DNA of 64,000 bases, from the NCBI GenBank assembly GCA_012295275.1, contig CM022673.1, positions 13,206,001-13,270,000 on the forward strand, read 5' to 3'. Both the position numbers and the translations under genes were made by a program. The notes under the pieces were generated by a model, which saw nothing but the letters and a program-made list of their open reading frames with translations, was not told where the DNA came from and did not search any database. Positions 27,346-40,174 of this stretch are shown here, piece by piece. The stretch is from Chrysomallon squamiferum (lineage: Eukaryota > Animalia > Mollusca). Position 1 is the first letter of the stretch. Each line of letters begins with the position of its first letter.

Positions 27346-29220
27346 GAAAGAAAATATGCTTATTGGTTATGTTCATTTATCAATGAAAGTTATTTGAAAA
27401 TTAAGTGCATCATACTATTAAGTGAGAGACTCACACGTCTACAAAAAGCAATATGTTTTAAAATCACACTGCATTTCCTGATTTATCAAACTGAATTCAA
27501 ACAGCACACAAATGTCAAAAAGCATTTAAAATCTGTCAAATCTTCCAGACATTAGTTTAAAGTTAAATTAATTGATTTTGTCATTCACATATTCTTCTGT
27601 TGCCCAATTTTATTACTTTCTTTCCAAGCTAAAAAGTTTATTTAGTTATTCAAACTGTATTCATGCATAACAATTCTGAATATTTAAAACAACCCCAAAA
27701 AAAAAAAAAAAAAAAATGGAAACGACGGGAAAAAAAAAAAGGAAGCTTCTCCATGTTGCGACAACCTGACTCATATCGTGTTTTCCTGAGTCACTGATTT
27801 AAAACTAAAAAGGTTTTAGTGTTTTTGATTGCAGAAGCTTGTCTCCAGAAAGATCTGTGATGAAACCAGAAGAGAGAAGTGAAAAAAAGGAGAGTTAATT
27901 TCATTTCATCATTAATAATGTAAAATGGCAATCGTGCTCGGAGTATGGCCATGTGTAAAGAACTCTCCCGTAATGAACAAACAAATTTAATTTTTAATCT
28001 TTTTTTGAAAAAAAAAAAAAAAAGAAGAAGAAGAAGAAGAAAAGATTCTCCTTGTGATTAGTTGTTGTTAATGATTGTCAGGAATGACACTAGAATAAAA
28101 AAAAAAAAGTTAAATTATTTTTTTGTATTTTTTTTCAAAAATACATTGCGTTTTTGTTGTCGGATGTTAAAATACAAACTAATTGTTAATTACTGATTCT
28201 CTCAGGTATTTATATCTCGTTTTCAGTCGAGATCTACTCAACCATATGTGTTAAGTTCTTTTCCTCCCTCACTGTTTGTCTGTCTGTCTGTCTCTCTCTT
28301 TCTCTCACTCTGTCTGTTTCTTGTACTTAGCTGACTAGCCAGAATCCTAAATCTTGTACCAAGTTTCAGTCTGGTTCATGAACAATTTTTATTCATCGTT
28401 ATCTCCTTTTACAGACAGACAGACAACAGACATTTTGGCAAATGTATTTTTTTATATATTTTTAGCTGAATTTTATGTAAACAAATCTGTCTGAAATTTT
28501 CATTAATTACTCCACTGGTGTTATTCGCCAGAATATCCACTGTTTTTCTTTGATACATCGTTAGACTCAGGTGGTAAAGGTGTGGTATCAATTTCACAGG
28601 TAATTGTATTAATCTGAACATCCAGGTGAATCAAAACCAGAGAAGATACAAACTTCCACTTCCATCACAAACAGATGTGGCTGGAAAAGCTTTTATTCCG
28701 AAAGTAATATATTTGTCTGAAGCACATTGTCAAACGAACATTTATGTCTGAAAGCTGACGGCAGACGCTCTGAAACTTAATTAGCAATTTATTTTTAGTG
28801 CACCTGAGAGAGAATTTATGAGCTTTTGATGTCCATTAATTACAGGTAAAAAGTGCTGACCACAGTACAGTGGCAGTCCTCTTGAACAAAGGTAAATGGG
28901 TGGAGCATTACCTCTCTACACGTTTTATGACAGAGATTTTATTTACAGTGGTCATTTTGACTGACCACTGGCCACTAGTGTCCATAGGAAAAGGGAGATG
29001 AAAGGTATTTGTGAATTACTCCAACAGATGTTTGAGATTTAATAATACTGCTCATACTGAAATCTGTTGCCTCATTCTATGGTTACTGTTACTGATCAGC
29101 AAAATAAAAATGGTCAACTACACCTTCCCATTGATGTAACTGATATATTGTGCGTTTTTGTTAACTGGCTAAAAGTCATTGAATGGAATAGGAAAATAAA
29201 TGTTTTGAGTTCAGATATCT

Positions 29221-29233
29221 AATAATCATAATC

Positions 29234-29271
<38 letters not shown>
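29221..29271. repeat. (AAT)n microsatellite
   Basis: Near-perfect AAT run. Confidence 0.95.
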
Positions 29272-29274
<3 letters not shown>

Positions 29275-30593
29275 CTAATAGAAATAATTATAACGGCAAC
29301 AATAATAACTATAATAATAAAAAAAACTATAATTTTTTTTTAGTTTTAAGAACAAATGGTTAGCACTAAGCTGACATTACACAGCTGAGTCTTGTAAGAA
29401 CATGATAATAAAATAAAGGTCAAACATTTTATTTTATCTTTTATCATCAGCCCAAAACTCAGACATACACAAAAAATAAAATAAACAAATTAAAATTGCT
29501 GTTTTTTTTTTTGCTTTTTTTTCTGTTGTTAACAGTATGTTAAACAGAATACATCTGGTAATCTTGACATACACAAATTTGTACATTTTTATTTTTTTAT
29601 TTTATTTTATTTTTTTTTTAAATTTTAATGACACCTTTGAGTAATTTGCTGAAGTCAGATACTGGAGGTCAAATATCTATTTCATGACCATATGTGGCAA
29701 AACCTTTTATTTTTTTTATTATTATTTTTTTAATTCCACATTTTTCATATTTGCAGTTTATCTTTAAAGATTGTGTGGTTAGACTATTCATTTGAGGTTT
29801 GAATTATAACAGTGTCATCCTCAATGTAAACTCTGCATGATTTGCCATTCCAACTATTGCTCCAAGCTAAAAAAAAGCCATGATATGTGCCTTCCTACAT
29901 GATGTATTTTTGTTGTCATTGCTATTTATTTATTTTTTATAAATTTTATATTATTGTTGTTGTTGGTTTTGTTATTATTATTATCATCATTATCATTGTT
30001 ACGATTATTATTATCATCAATATTATTTTTATTATTATTGTTATTATTTTTATTGTTACTGTTATTATTATTATCATCAAAATTATTGTTGTTGTTGATA
30101 TTATTATTATTATTATTAGTGTTATTATTATTATTATTATGTTTTTGATTCTTCCACTTTTTCATTCTTCAAAAACTTCACTCAGTTCTGTTTCAAAAAA
30201 AGAAAAAAAGAAAAGAAATCCTGCGTATTTTACACTAATATCATTTATCTTCTTTTCTTCTTCATTTTTTAATAACTTCACACCGTTTCCTTTTTGAAGA
30301 AGAAAAAAAATGGGTTCCAGGATATCATACTCTGTAATGCTTAAAACGATACATCATCTTCTTCATCTTTTTTTTTTTTTTTTCATAGCTGCACCCCACA
30401 AACACATCAATAATCTAATTTACCTTTGCCCACCTGTAATCTTCGTTGAAATGTAATTTACAATCACTCAGGTAATTAGCAGAAAAACTACGTTCAACCC
30501 AAGAATCTCATCAATATTTTGTCAGCTGTAATTTAGTCAAATATCGAACATGTGGCTAAAACCCTCGCAGTGAGTTTGTTAATTCTCTAAGTA

Positions 30594-30730
30594 GCTATAA
30601 AGTAAAATAAATTCTGTAGTATTTTTTCTCAAGTCAGTCAATTCCTTAAGTAGCTGCAAAAAACAAGTCATTAGCTGAAACTGAAATTAGGTAAAATACC
30701 TGAAAGTGTAGCTAGTGGAAAATACCTGTG
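30594..30730 (+). repeat. Dispersed direct repeat, copy 1 (~135 bp)
   Basis: Aligns by eye with 32771-32902: TTCCTTAAGTA.CTGCA...CTGAAATTAG.TAAAATACCTGAAAGTGT.GCTA.TGGAAAATACCTGT. Confidence 0.85.
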
Positions 30731-30754
30731 TTGGTATATGTATGCATGTCTGTC

Positions 30755-30759
<5 letters not shown>

Positions 30760-30792
<33 letters not shown>

Positions 30793-30806
30793 TGAATATC
30801 TCTCTC

Positions 30807-30847
<41 letters not shown>

Positions 30848-30872
30848 ATCTATATCTATATATATATCTATA
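30760..30872. repeat. Compound (TA)n/(CTAT)n microsatellite
   Basis: Adjacent TA, TC and CTAT runs. Confidence 0.9.
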
Positions 30873-31384
30873 TCCTTTGTATATAATTAAATAAAAATAT
30901 ATCTGTAACAGTGATCAGGTATAAATAATGATATTGGAATGAATGTTCCCTTGCAGGTAATAAATATTGATTTGTGGGGGTGGGGGAAGTAGTGATGGGG
31001 TGAACAGGCTATATATAATTTTCTTAATGGAAACTCAGGGTGTGGCAAAGTGATTGGGTACACACACAATCAATAAACCAGTGAATACCTGTGTCTTTTT
31101 ATACAAATTTATTTTAATGGAAAATGTCTGACTTGGTTGCATAAAGGATGAAATATTTCAAATGAAATAATTTTTGCACGCTTCATTAAGTATGTGTTCG
31201 TTGGTGCATGATGGGACTGTTCTATATTTAGAACATATTTTTTGAATTTTGTTGTAGTTCTTTCTTCTTTTTTTTTTTTAACTTTGTTGTTTATTAAGGC
31301 TGTTATGATATTGTTTGAGAAAGTAAATAAATATTTACTTGTAAGCAAAATAAAATTCTTAATAACCAAAACAGCCTAATTAAC

Positions 31385-32290
31385 TCTGAATAATTTATAG
31401 ACACCAGATGACCAGTGGGCACATGCAGAAGTCAGTGGGTTGGGGGGGGGGACAGAAACAAATCTTTGGACCCTAGCAGACCACTAAATAATGTTATGCT
31501 ATAAATGGGATGAGGTAAAAGATGCTATGAATAATTTACAGGACACTGAATGACCACTGGTTACAAACAGTAGCTGGGGGGTGGGTGATATTTACTTTCT
31601 AACAAATTACTGGGAACTAGCTGACAATTAATGCTGTGGAGGGGGGGGTAAATCTGTGCATGAATACTTTATGTGAGACAGGATGACCACTGGGTACATA
31701 CAGTAGCTGGGGGAGGAGAAGAAGGTTACCAGCCAACAAAAACTGGACAGTAGCTGACCGCTACATAGGTTTTTTTTATACAAGTGATGGGGGGGGGGTA
31801 TGAATAATTTACAGGACTTTGGATGACCACTAGAGTAACTGGTGGAGGGGACAATACAATCTCTGCCTGTTCAAGGAAACATTTCTGGACCCTAGATGAC
31901 CGCTAAATACATTTTATATGAAGAGTGGTGGGGGGGGCTTAGAAGAATATGAATAATTTATATGACTACTGGGTACAAACAGATGCTGGGGAAAGAAAAG
32001 TTACCTGAAGCAAATCACTGGATAACAGGCTGACCACTGCATAATTTTATACAGTGAGTGTGTGTGGGGAGCACAATATCTTCCTGTGCAAGCAAATTAC
32101 TGGACATTGGTTGACCAGTACATAATTTGATGCTGTGAATGAGGTTTTGAATAATTTACAGGACACAGGATGACCACAAGATGAGGGAACTAGTCAATAA
32201 CAGAACACAGATGACCACTAGTGTAACAGTGACTGAGAGTGGGGGATGGTCAGTGAACTATTTATAGAGCTGTGAGTGACCAATACATAT
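31385..32290. repeat. Degenerate G-rich tandem array with ~120-150 bp unit
   Basis: Repeated GAATAATTTACAGGACAC..GATGACCACTGGG...TAGCTGGGGG...GGAC..TAGCTGACC, about 6-7 units. Confidence 0.85.
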
Positions 32291-32341
32291 AAACCTGTTA
32301 TTCCACTGGATAACATGAAAACACATTCTGATCAAACTGTT

Positions 32342-32690
32342 ATTCTCTATTCTCTTGAGATTTCTAAAATCACTGAATATATTTTATTCTCTTTGTGATT
32401 TCTAAAATCACTAAATATATTTTATTCTCTTTGAGATTTCTAAAATCACTAAATATATTTTATTCTTTTTGAGATTTCTAAAATCACTAAATATATTTTA
32501 TTCTCTTTGAGATTTCTAAAATCACTAAATATTTTTTTTTTTGTTTGAGATTTCTAAAAATCACTAAATATATTTTATTCTTTTTGAGATTTCTAAAAAT
32601 CAGTATACATATTTTATTCTCTTTGAGATTTCTAAAATCACTATATATATTTTATATTCTTTGAGATTTCTAAAAATCACTAAATATATT
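32342..32690. repeat. 38-bp minisatellite, 9 copies
   Basis: GATTTCTAAAA recurs at 32359, 32397, 32435, 32473, 32511, 32549, 32588, 32627 and 32665. Confidence 0.95.
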
Positions 32691-32770
32691 TGTAATATTA
32701 ATTGCCTTAATTTGTATTTTCCTGCAACTAACCCCATAAAATGAATTAAGTTACAAATATCCTGTGAAGA

Positions 32771-32902
32771 ACTATAAAATAATTTAAATTCTATAATACT
32801 TTTTCTTAGATAAGTCATTTCCTTAAGTACCTGCAGAATAAGTTATTAGTTGAACTGAAATTAGTTAAAATACCTGAAAGTGTTGCTATGGAAAATACCT
32901 GT
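32771..32902 (+). repeat. Dispersed direct repeat, copy 2
   Basis: Homologous to 30594-30730. Confidence 0.85.
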
Positions 32903-35878
32903 ATAAATAATTAAAGTGTCTGTGATTACAAATAATCTCCAGTTAATACAAAATACAAGTTCATAAAAATAAAATTTAATTTTCAATAAATAAACAATCA
33001 AACAAACAAACAAACAAACAAACAATAAACAAACAAACAAATTCAGTTTTGAATAAAACTCAAAAACTGATTTAACCACCATCATAATTAAATGTAAAAC
33101 CCCACAAAAAACATGGCTGCCACAGAAATTACAGATGTCATCTGCTCAATCATTTCAATCTACAGAAGTCATAGACATAATAACTACCTTCACCCACCCA
33201 GTCTGCCTCCCCTCCAGCCCCTGTCTGGGTCAGTCCCTCATCCATTGTTTCTAGCAAAAATCAAAAAATCTCAGGAGAAAACAAAAACTGCAGAAATAAA
33301 TGAAAATATTCAACAAAAATTCTCTCACTTGAGGCGAAAAATAAATTTCATCTGGTTCGTTTTACAACTGTCGCAAGTATCAGGTGAGACAGTGGTTTGC
33401 ATTTACAGGTGTGAATACAGGTACCAAGGAGGTGTGTTTTCACCTGAGGGTGGATGTTTGGTGAACAGTGCAGATGTTTTAATTGCAACATGCATGCTGG
33501 GTTTTGCTTCCTTGTTTCCGAGTCTCTTGTTATTTTGCTTAATGTCAATTTGTGATGAAGTTTTCAGTGGCTTGTCTCTCTTTTATTATTATTATTATTA
33601 TTATTTCTTTTGCTGTTTTAAAATCTGTTTTCATTACCATTCATTTTGAATGGGTTTCCTTTAATCTCTTATCAGAATATAATAAAATAATTTCATAGTA
33701 TTTACCTTCTAATTTTTAACATACCAAAGCTAGTTGCTTATCATGTTACTAATTGTAATTATTATTATTAGTAGTAGTAGTAGTAGTAGCAGCAGCAGCA
33801 GCAGCAGCAGTAGCATAGTAGTATCAACATGAACACCACCATCATCATCATGATTTACAAAAAGTTTCATATCATTTAAAATAAGTTTTTTTAAATGTTT
33901 CCCGATTTGTGACCCTTTAAATAATTTCTAAAACTTCTATATCTTTCATGTTTTATATTTAAAATACACTGTGATATCAAAAATCTGCTGTATGTAAAAA
34001 ACATGATATTTATATAAGAAAATGGCTATAAATCAGTAATATATTGTAAGAAAAAATAAATATATCAATATTTTAATTATTTTGAAATAAGATGCAATGA
34101 AATTGATTATTATAGGTAAAATAAAAATACTATTTTTAAATATAATTTAATGTAAGTATTGTAGTATATTATCATTATTTAAATCATTTCAAAATCCTTG
34201 CCAATTTACCAGTAATTCATTGTAAGTAAAAATACATTTATCAATATTACTGGTAAATAAAAACCTGACATAATACTTCTCATATTTTAAAATATGAATA
34301 ATGTACTGTAGATCAAGTAAATGAAAAAGGTTTATATTTTAGAGTACATTATACTATCAGTAATTTTACATAAATATATATATATATATATTTTATATAA
34401 ATATATATATATATATAGATATATATACAATGAAGTAAAACATATTAAAACATTTACATCATATGTGCACCTTTTAACTTACTTTGTAATTTCACTGATT
34501 TAGACATTTAAAAAAAAAAAATAATAAAAAAAAAAAAATTAATTAATTGAATTTGATGGAGTTTTAAGATAAAAATGTTGTTATCTTCTATACCAATTTA
34601 TCAAAATAATTGTCCCTGCAAGATTTGAAAATGCACATAAAAGTGCCAACAGAATGCTAAATTTAACATCTCTGTGAAAAGATCATGTGAAAAGTTCAAA
34701 AAAAAAATAAATAAAAAATAAAAAAAGTTACAACACGTTAAGAAATATTCTGTAAAAATACAGAAAGTGAGAAAACAGACACAGGCACGAAGAATCAGCT
34801 CTCTTTATCACACCAAATTTAAAAATATTTATTTACTTATTTATTTATTTTATTTATTTATTTATTTATTTATTTAGCTTTCTATTTTAAAATAGATACA
34901 GTAGGGAAGATATTGTGTCTATGTGTGTGTTTGTTTGTATATATATATATATATATCACGATTTATAATAATAAAAAAAATTTAAACTGAATTTTTTCTC
35001 ATTCTAACTGGTGTTCAGAAACAATTATATAAAAATAATTGGTATGTACTTTACTCTGTACTGGAACAAGAAAAACGAGCATCCTGATTTCAGGCCAATT
35101 ATTTATTGTGCAAGCATGGTTTCTTAAACATCTACACTATGCAAAAATATTATGTCTCATAATAACCATTAATGTTAAATATGTGGTGATGTTGTTAAAT
35201 GCATACTTAGTCATTAAAAATACATTTATTAATTTATTTATTCATCAAAAATCACATCCTGTATTTAAATGGGTTGTCTGACATCTCAGCATGACAAACT
35301 GAAAAACATCAGAAAATATGTAAGAAAAATTTTTAATTTTAAAATAGATGCATTTTTTTTTTCATGAAAATTTAAACTGATATCATGCATGTTGAAATTC
35401 AGGTTATTTTTTTTTTTATTATTATTATATTATTTTTTTTTAAATAATTTATATTATTATTATCTTTGTAAAAGTGTTATCATTTATATTAACTTTGCAG
35501 GTTTCTTTTTGTTGTAGTTGTTGTTTTTGAAATGTTGTAGATGTGTTAATTTTGCTGTTTGTGTAAATTCTGTTGTAATGTTGTTGTCATTGTCAATCTT
35601 GTTATTACCATTAACTGTAGCAGTTAACATTATTATTGTCAGTCTTAACTCTAGGGTTGTTGTAGTTTGTTAACTTTGCTTACTGCTGTCTTTGTTAAAG
35701 TTGCTATTAATGGGCAGAACTGATGCTGCAGTAGTAGTGGTTAACCATGTTGCATTCTTACTGTTCTATCTGTTGCTGTTGTTGTAGCAGTAATTGTTGA
35801 CTTTGTAGCATTGTTGCTATCTCTAACTTTGCAGTCAGTGTCTAAGTCTGGTGACTTCATTTTTCGGAGAACTTCAAA

Positions 35879-35980
35879 GTTATTTAAAAAGAAGAGCAAA
35901 ATGATATAAATCTGATTTAAATCTGATAAAGAGTTATTTAAAAAAAAGAAGAGATAAATGATATAAATCTGATTTAAATA
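35879..35980. repeat. Two-copy tandem duplication, ~55 bp
   Basis: GTTATTTAAAAA(AAA)GAAGAG..AAATGATATAAATCTGATTTAAAT occurs twice. Confidence 0.85.
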
Positions 35981-36764
35981 TCACACAGCTATTTAATACC
36001 ACACCATTGTCTCGTCAGTGGTAACATGATACCACTGCAGTTTGAGTGGGCTGGTGAAATCACCAGCAGATCTGAAATATGATAAGCAGAATCCAACACT
36101 GTCATCATTGCCAGTCACTTGTAGCATTTAGAAAAAACAAAAAATGAAGTAGTGATTGTGTATTTTGTTTATCAGTGATTTTATGTATTTGCTGTGTATG
36201 GTATGAATGTAATGATTTTTAAAAATTATTGTTGTTGTTTGTTGTTTGCAGTATTTTGTTGTCATTTTATTTATTTTGCTTTTTTTAAACTGATATTTAT
36301 GTGATTTATTTTTTCCTTTGCTATTATTTATTTGTTTCTTTATTTTTAATTGATCATTTTATATAATTATTATGTTTTTTCCTTTCTATTTTTGTCATTT
36401 ATCTGTTTATAAATTTATTTTTGCCTATTTATTTACTTGGATATCAGAATTTATTTATACATTTATTTTTTTTTATTCTTCACTTCTTTGTCAGTTTTTC
36501 TTCTTTTTTTTCCCTATCTTTATTCATTTTCCTTTCATTCTTTTTTATTTTTAATTTCTTTTTATTATTTTTGTAAATTATTATGCACCCTACTTCATTA
36601 CCTGCAGAGAATTACAAACAGTTCTGCTTGCACAAACAGATTTAAAATTTTGTATCAATCTTGTTCTTGAAAAAAACATTAGTTAGTTACGGATATTTTG
36701 ATATTTTGTTATTGTAAATCATATTCTGTTTAAAAATATATTTGAATCAGAACTATTCAAATAT

Positions 36765-36980
36765 TCAACTGAGTGGTAGGTCCTTGGTTCAGTCCTCAAC
36801 AGAGGACCAGTTGATCTTTTTCCCCAATCAGCCCAGTGACTCAGAACTGATATGCAAAGTTCATATTCCCTTTCTATGGGAAAGTGGATATAAGAAAATG
36901 CCTTACTGATAATAAATAAAGATAGTTTACATCATGACAGCAGCAGGTTTCTTATCTTGTATATCAGTTTCCAAAAACCA
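36765..36980 (+). mobile_element. Decayed near-full-length SINE, probably tRNA-derived
   Basis: GAGTGGTAGGTCCTTGGTTCAGTCC (B-box-like) followed by TTTTCCCCAATCAGCCCAGTG, CTATGGGAAAGTGGATATAAGAAAATGCCTTACTG and GACAGCAGCAGGTTTCTT. These blocks are shared with the other copies in the window. Confidence 0.6.
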
Positions 36981-38009
36981 TTTTTCTTTCAATAATGTAG
37001 AATTTTTTTTTTCCTTCATATTATTTTACAACAAATGATTTGACTGGATGAATCTTTATATATATATTTTTTATAATAAATGATTTGTTTGGTTACCTAC
37101 TAATGTATCATTTGATAATAAATAACAAAAGGAGATATTTTATAATTGGTTAATTTTATTTTATTTTATTTTATTTTATTATTTTTTTTTTTTTTTGTGT
37201 GTGTGTGTGTGTGTGTGTGTCTATTAATAAATTACAGTTTAAAAGTTTACCAATTTAAAATGCTTAAATGGAGGTGACAAATAAAAAAAATAATTTAATT
37301 ACTTTTGCACATTTTTATTTGTAAATGTGCACTACCACTGCCTTTGCAACGTTATATTTCATACTAAAGTGAACAAAAAAATTTCAAATAAATTAAACAA
37401 AATTAAATAAGGGTTATTTACTTCTCAATAAATAACAAATTTAAAATTCACCAGTTGCCAGGTTCCTGCACCTGAAAACCTGAAGTTAACATATTTCAAT
37501 TGGAGAAAGTTGGGGTTTTTTGGGGTTGTTTTTTTTAATTGTTATTAAAATCAGAGGTCTGTTGATGTTTCTGTACTCAATGTCTTCCTAGGTTTGTGTA
37601 AGTCAATTTTCTAATTGCTAAGTGTGAATTTTTATTTATTTTTTTAAATTAATAAACCAAGAGAAAAATAAACTCTCTAAATATCTGGATGGAAAAACAA
37701 AATTTTAAAAATTTTGTTCATTCTTTTTTTATATAAATAAAAATTTTAAAAATTAAAAAAAAATGAAGAATGAAAGAAAGAAAGAAAGAAAATGGAAATA
37801 AGCATATATGGAGATGGAATGAGAAAATGAGGAAGACATAAAAAAAAGAAAGAGAAAGTAATAGAGGTGATTGAGTTACTGAGATAAAAAGAAAGAGAGA
37901 AAAAATGAATAAGAGAGAGAAAGAGAAAAGGAGGAATAAAGAAAGGGAGGTATCAGACACAACCACACTGACAGAAAAAAAAGAAAGAAAAAAACCCTCA
38001 ATAAACTCT

Positions 38010-38500
38010 TCAACACCTCTCTCGTGTTGAAAACGAATTCTCCGACCTGCCTTCACTTCGTTACCTTGAAACATAAGCAACTTAAGCAAGCCTCTAGATA
38101 CAAAAAACAACAACAAAATCGTCTTTAAAATCCACCAAACGAGATTTCCTGAACGATGTTGACTGCAACGAAGCCAAACAGTCTTTTTTTTTTTCTTTTT
38201 TTTTTTAAAAACAGGCTTCTGTTGGATTTAAAAACCGTTTGTTGAAAACATTTTAGACGCAGGCCAAATGATGTAATACTGCTTCAGTTTGCAAACATGG
38301 CAAGGATTTGAGAGAGCTCGTTACAAATTAGCATGAAAAAGACACAGTCTGCAAGGGTTTTGCACCAACATGCAGTTTTATTTGTCGAAGAGAGACGTAC
38401 TTCCGGACAAGATGGCAAAAATCAACATTAAGTTAAGTAATAAGCTGACAGACATGGAGGTTTAGGTCTGTCATACTGTCGGCCATTTTGAAAGGTTAAA
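38010..38500. promoter_or_regulatory. Promoter-like island with ETS and YY1 motifs
   Basis: ACTTCCGG at 38399-38406, CAAGATGGC at 38408-38416 and CGGCCATTTTG at 38480-38490, with raised CpG. A minus-strand donor AAG|GTAACG lies at 38065/38064. Confidence 0.35.
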
Positions 38501-38676
38501 AAGAATTACAAGACCAGACAGATTATCAGATAAGGCAAATACAGGGTGTTAGAAAAAACATTATATATTGACATTTTGAAATGTGTAATGTTAGAAAATA
38601 TCAAACTGGCTGTTTTTTTTTTTTTAAATAACTAGTAATAGGTTAAAATATATGTGTTTTTTTTTTTTTTTTTTTT

Positions 38677-38677
<1 letters not shown>

Positions 38678-38716
<39 letters not shown>
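38678..38716. repeat. (AAT)n microsatellite
   Basis: Perfect AAT run after a poly(T) tract. Confidence 0.9.
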
Positions 38717-38718
<2 letters not shown>

Positions 38719-40174
38719 TAACAATAAAAATTACAAAAAATAATAAATAACAAGAACAATAAAACAATAAATAAATAAATAAATAAATAATAATAACAAC
38801 AACAAAAAATAACAACAAATCAAAACAAAACAAAATAAATAAATAAATAAAACAACACAATAAATAAATTCACATTCAGTTTTATAAACAATAATTTCTC
38901 CCTTTTCTGCGACGTCTGTGAATCTCGCCGTGTCTAGCGATAATACCAACATCTTTTATTTATACAGTCTCGGATCACACAACACTACAACAAGATGGAT
39001 GGACGCTAACAAGACTTAATCTAGCAACAAGACAAACTCTGATGATTTACATTCTTAGTGTTCGCTAAATACAGGTATTACCGCCATGATGGATATTTTC
39101 CTTGTCAGGTAGTCATCATTAGTCATATTGCAGACAGGACATTTTGCTGTCAAATCTTCTAGTTATTAAATAAATTTATTACCTGCATCTTGGGGAGAAA
39201 TCAATACGAAAGGCTTACCTGTGGATCTGTACGTTCAGGTATGAAAGATGCACAAATAAAACAAGTGTTATTTATTTTTTTTACGTGATTTGGTTCGTTT
39301 TGTGTTTATTTATATTTAGAGAAATAAAATAAAATAAAATAATTACATATGTAAATAAATAAATAAATTATAATGATGATAACAAGAACAGTAATAATAA
39401 CATAAGAAGAAGAACAATAATATAATTTAAAAAAAGTTAAAATTTTTCTCTACTTCTTTATATTCTCTATTTCTTTGTCTTTATCTCTATCACTTTCTTT
39501 AACTTTTTTCTCTTTCTTTGCCTCTTGTTTTCTCTTTCTTTCTTTCTCACTATCTGTGCCTGTCTCTCTTTTTGTCTGTCTCTCTTTTCTTTTTCTTACA
39601 TTGTCTGCCTAAACCATGGATCTGCTGATACAAAGTTTGTATCTTCTCATTACATTATTAAATAACAATAATACGAAGAAGAAAAAAAAAAACCCTGCCA
39701 TTTTAATGGCTTAAATGGAAACAATAACATAGCTCTGAAACTGCAAACGAGTTTAATTCCATGTTTTATGTCATGTTTAAGTCAACAAAAGATTTCGGAA
39801 AACAATAAAACTACTCTTGAATAAGCTTGTTGAAGATGTGTCAGAAATAGCAAGAAGATTTGGAATGCATAAAAATCAGTTATTGTAAAAACAGAAACCA
39901 GATTTATTATGTAACAACCATTTACTGGAATTTAGGGGAAAATAAAAACCATCTTTGAAATGATTCAGTAACATTTTTTTCTTTCTAACATTGAAATCTG
40001 GAAAATATAACAACAACAACAACAAAAAAAAAAAAAGAAAAAAAAGGAGAAAAGAATTGAAAAATCTGCAAGAATTTTCAAACAAAGATGGTTTCACCAG
40101 GCAGAATCTGTTATCTGCACATTGCTAATGAAAATAACAAAGAGGAACTGCAGGCTAAGATAAAGTAGAATGAA

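Noticed and set aside
33113-33649. Longest ORF (178 aa)
   Set aside because: No recognisable domain, runs into low-complexity sequence, lacks convincing splice boundaries, and overlaps a CAGGTR motif cluster.
36765-36830. tRNA gene
   Set aside because: Only a degenerate B-box-like word with no cloverleaf. It fits a decayed SINE head better.
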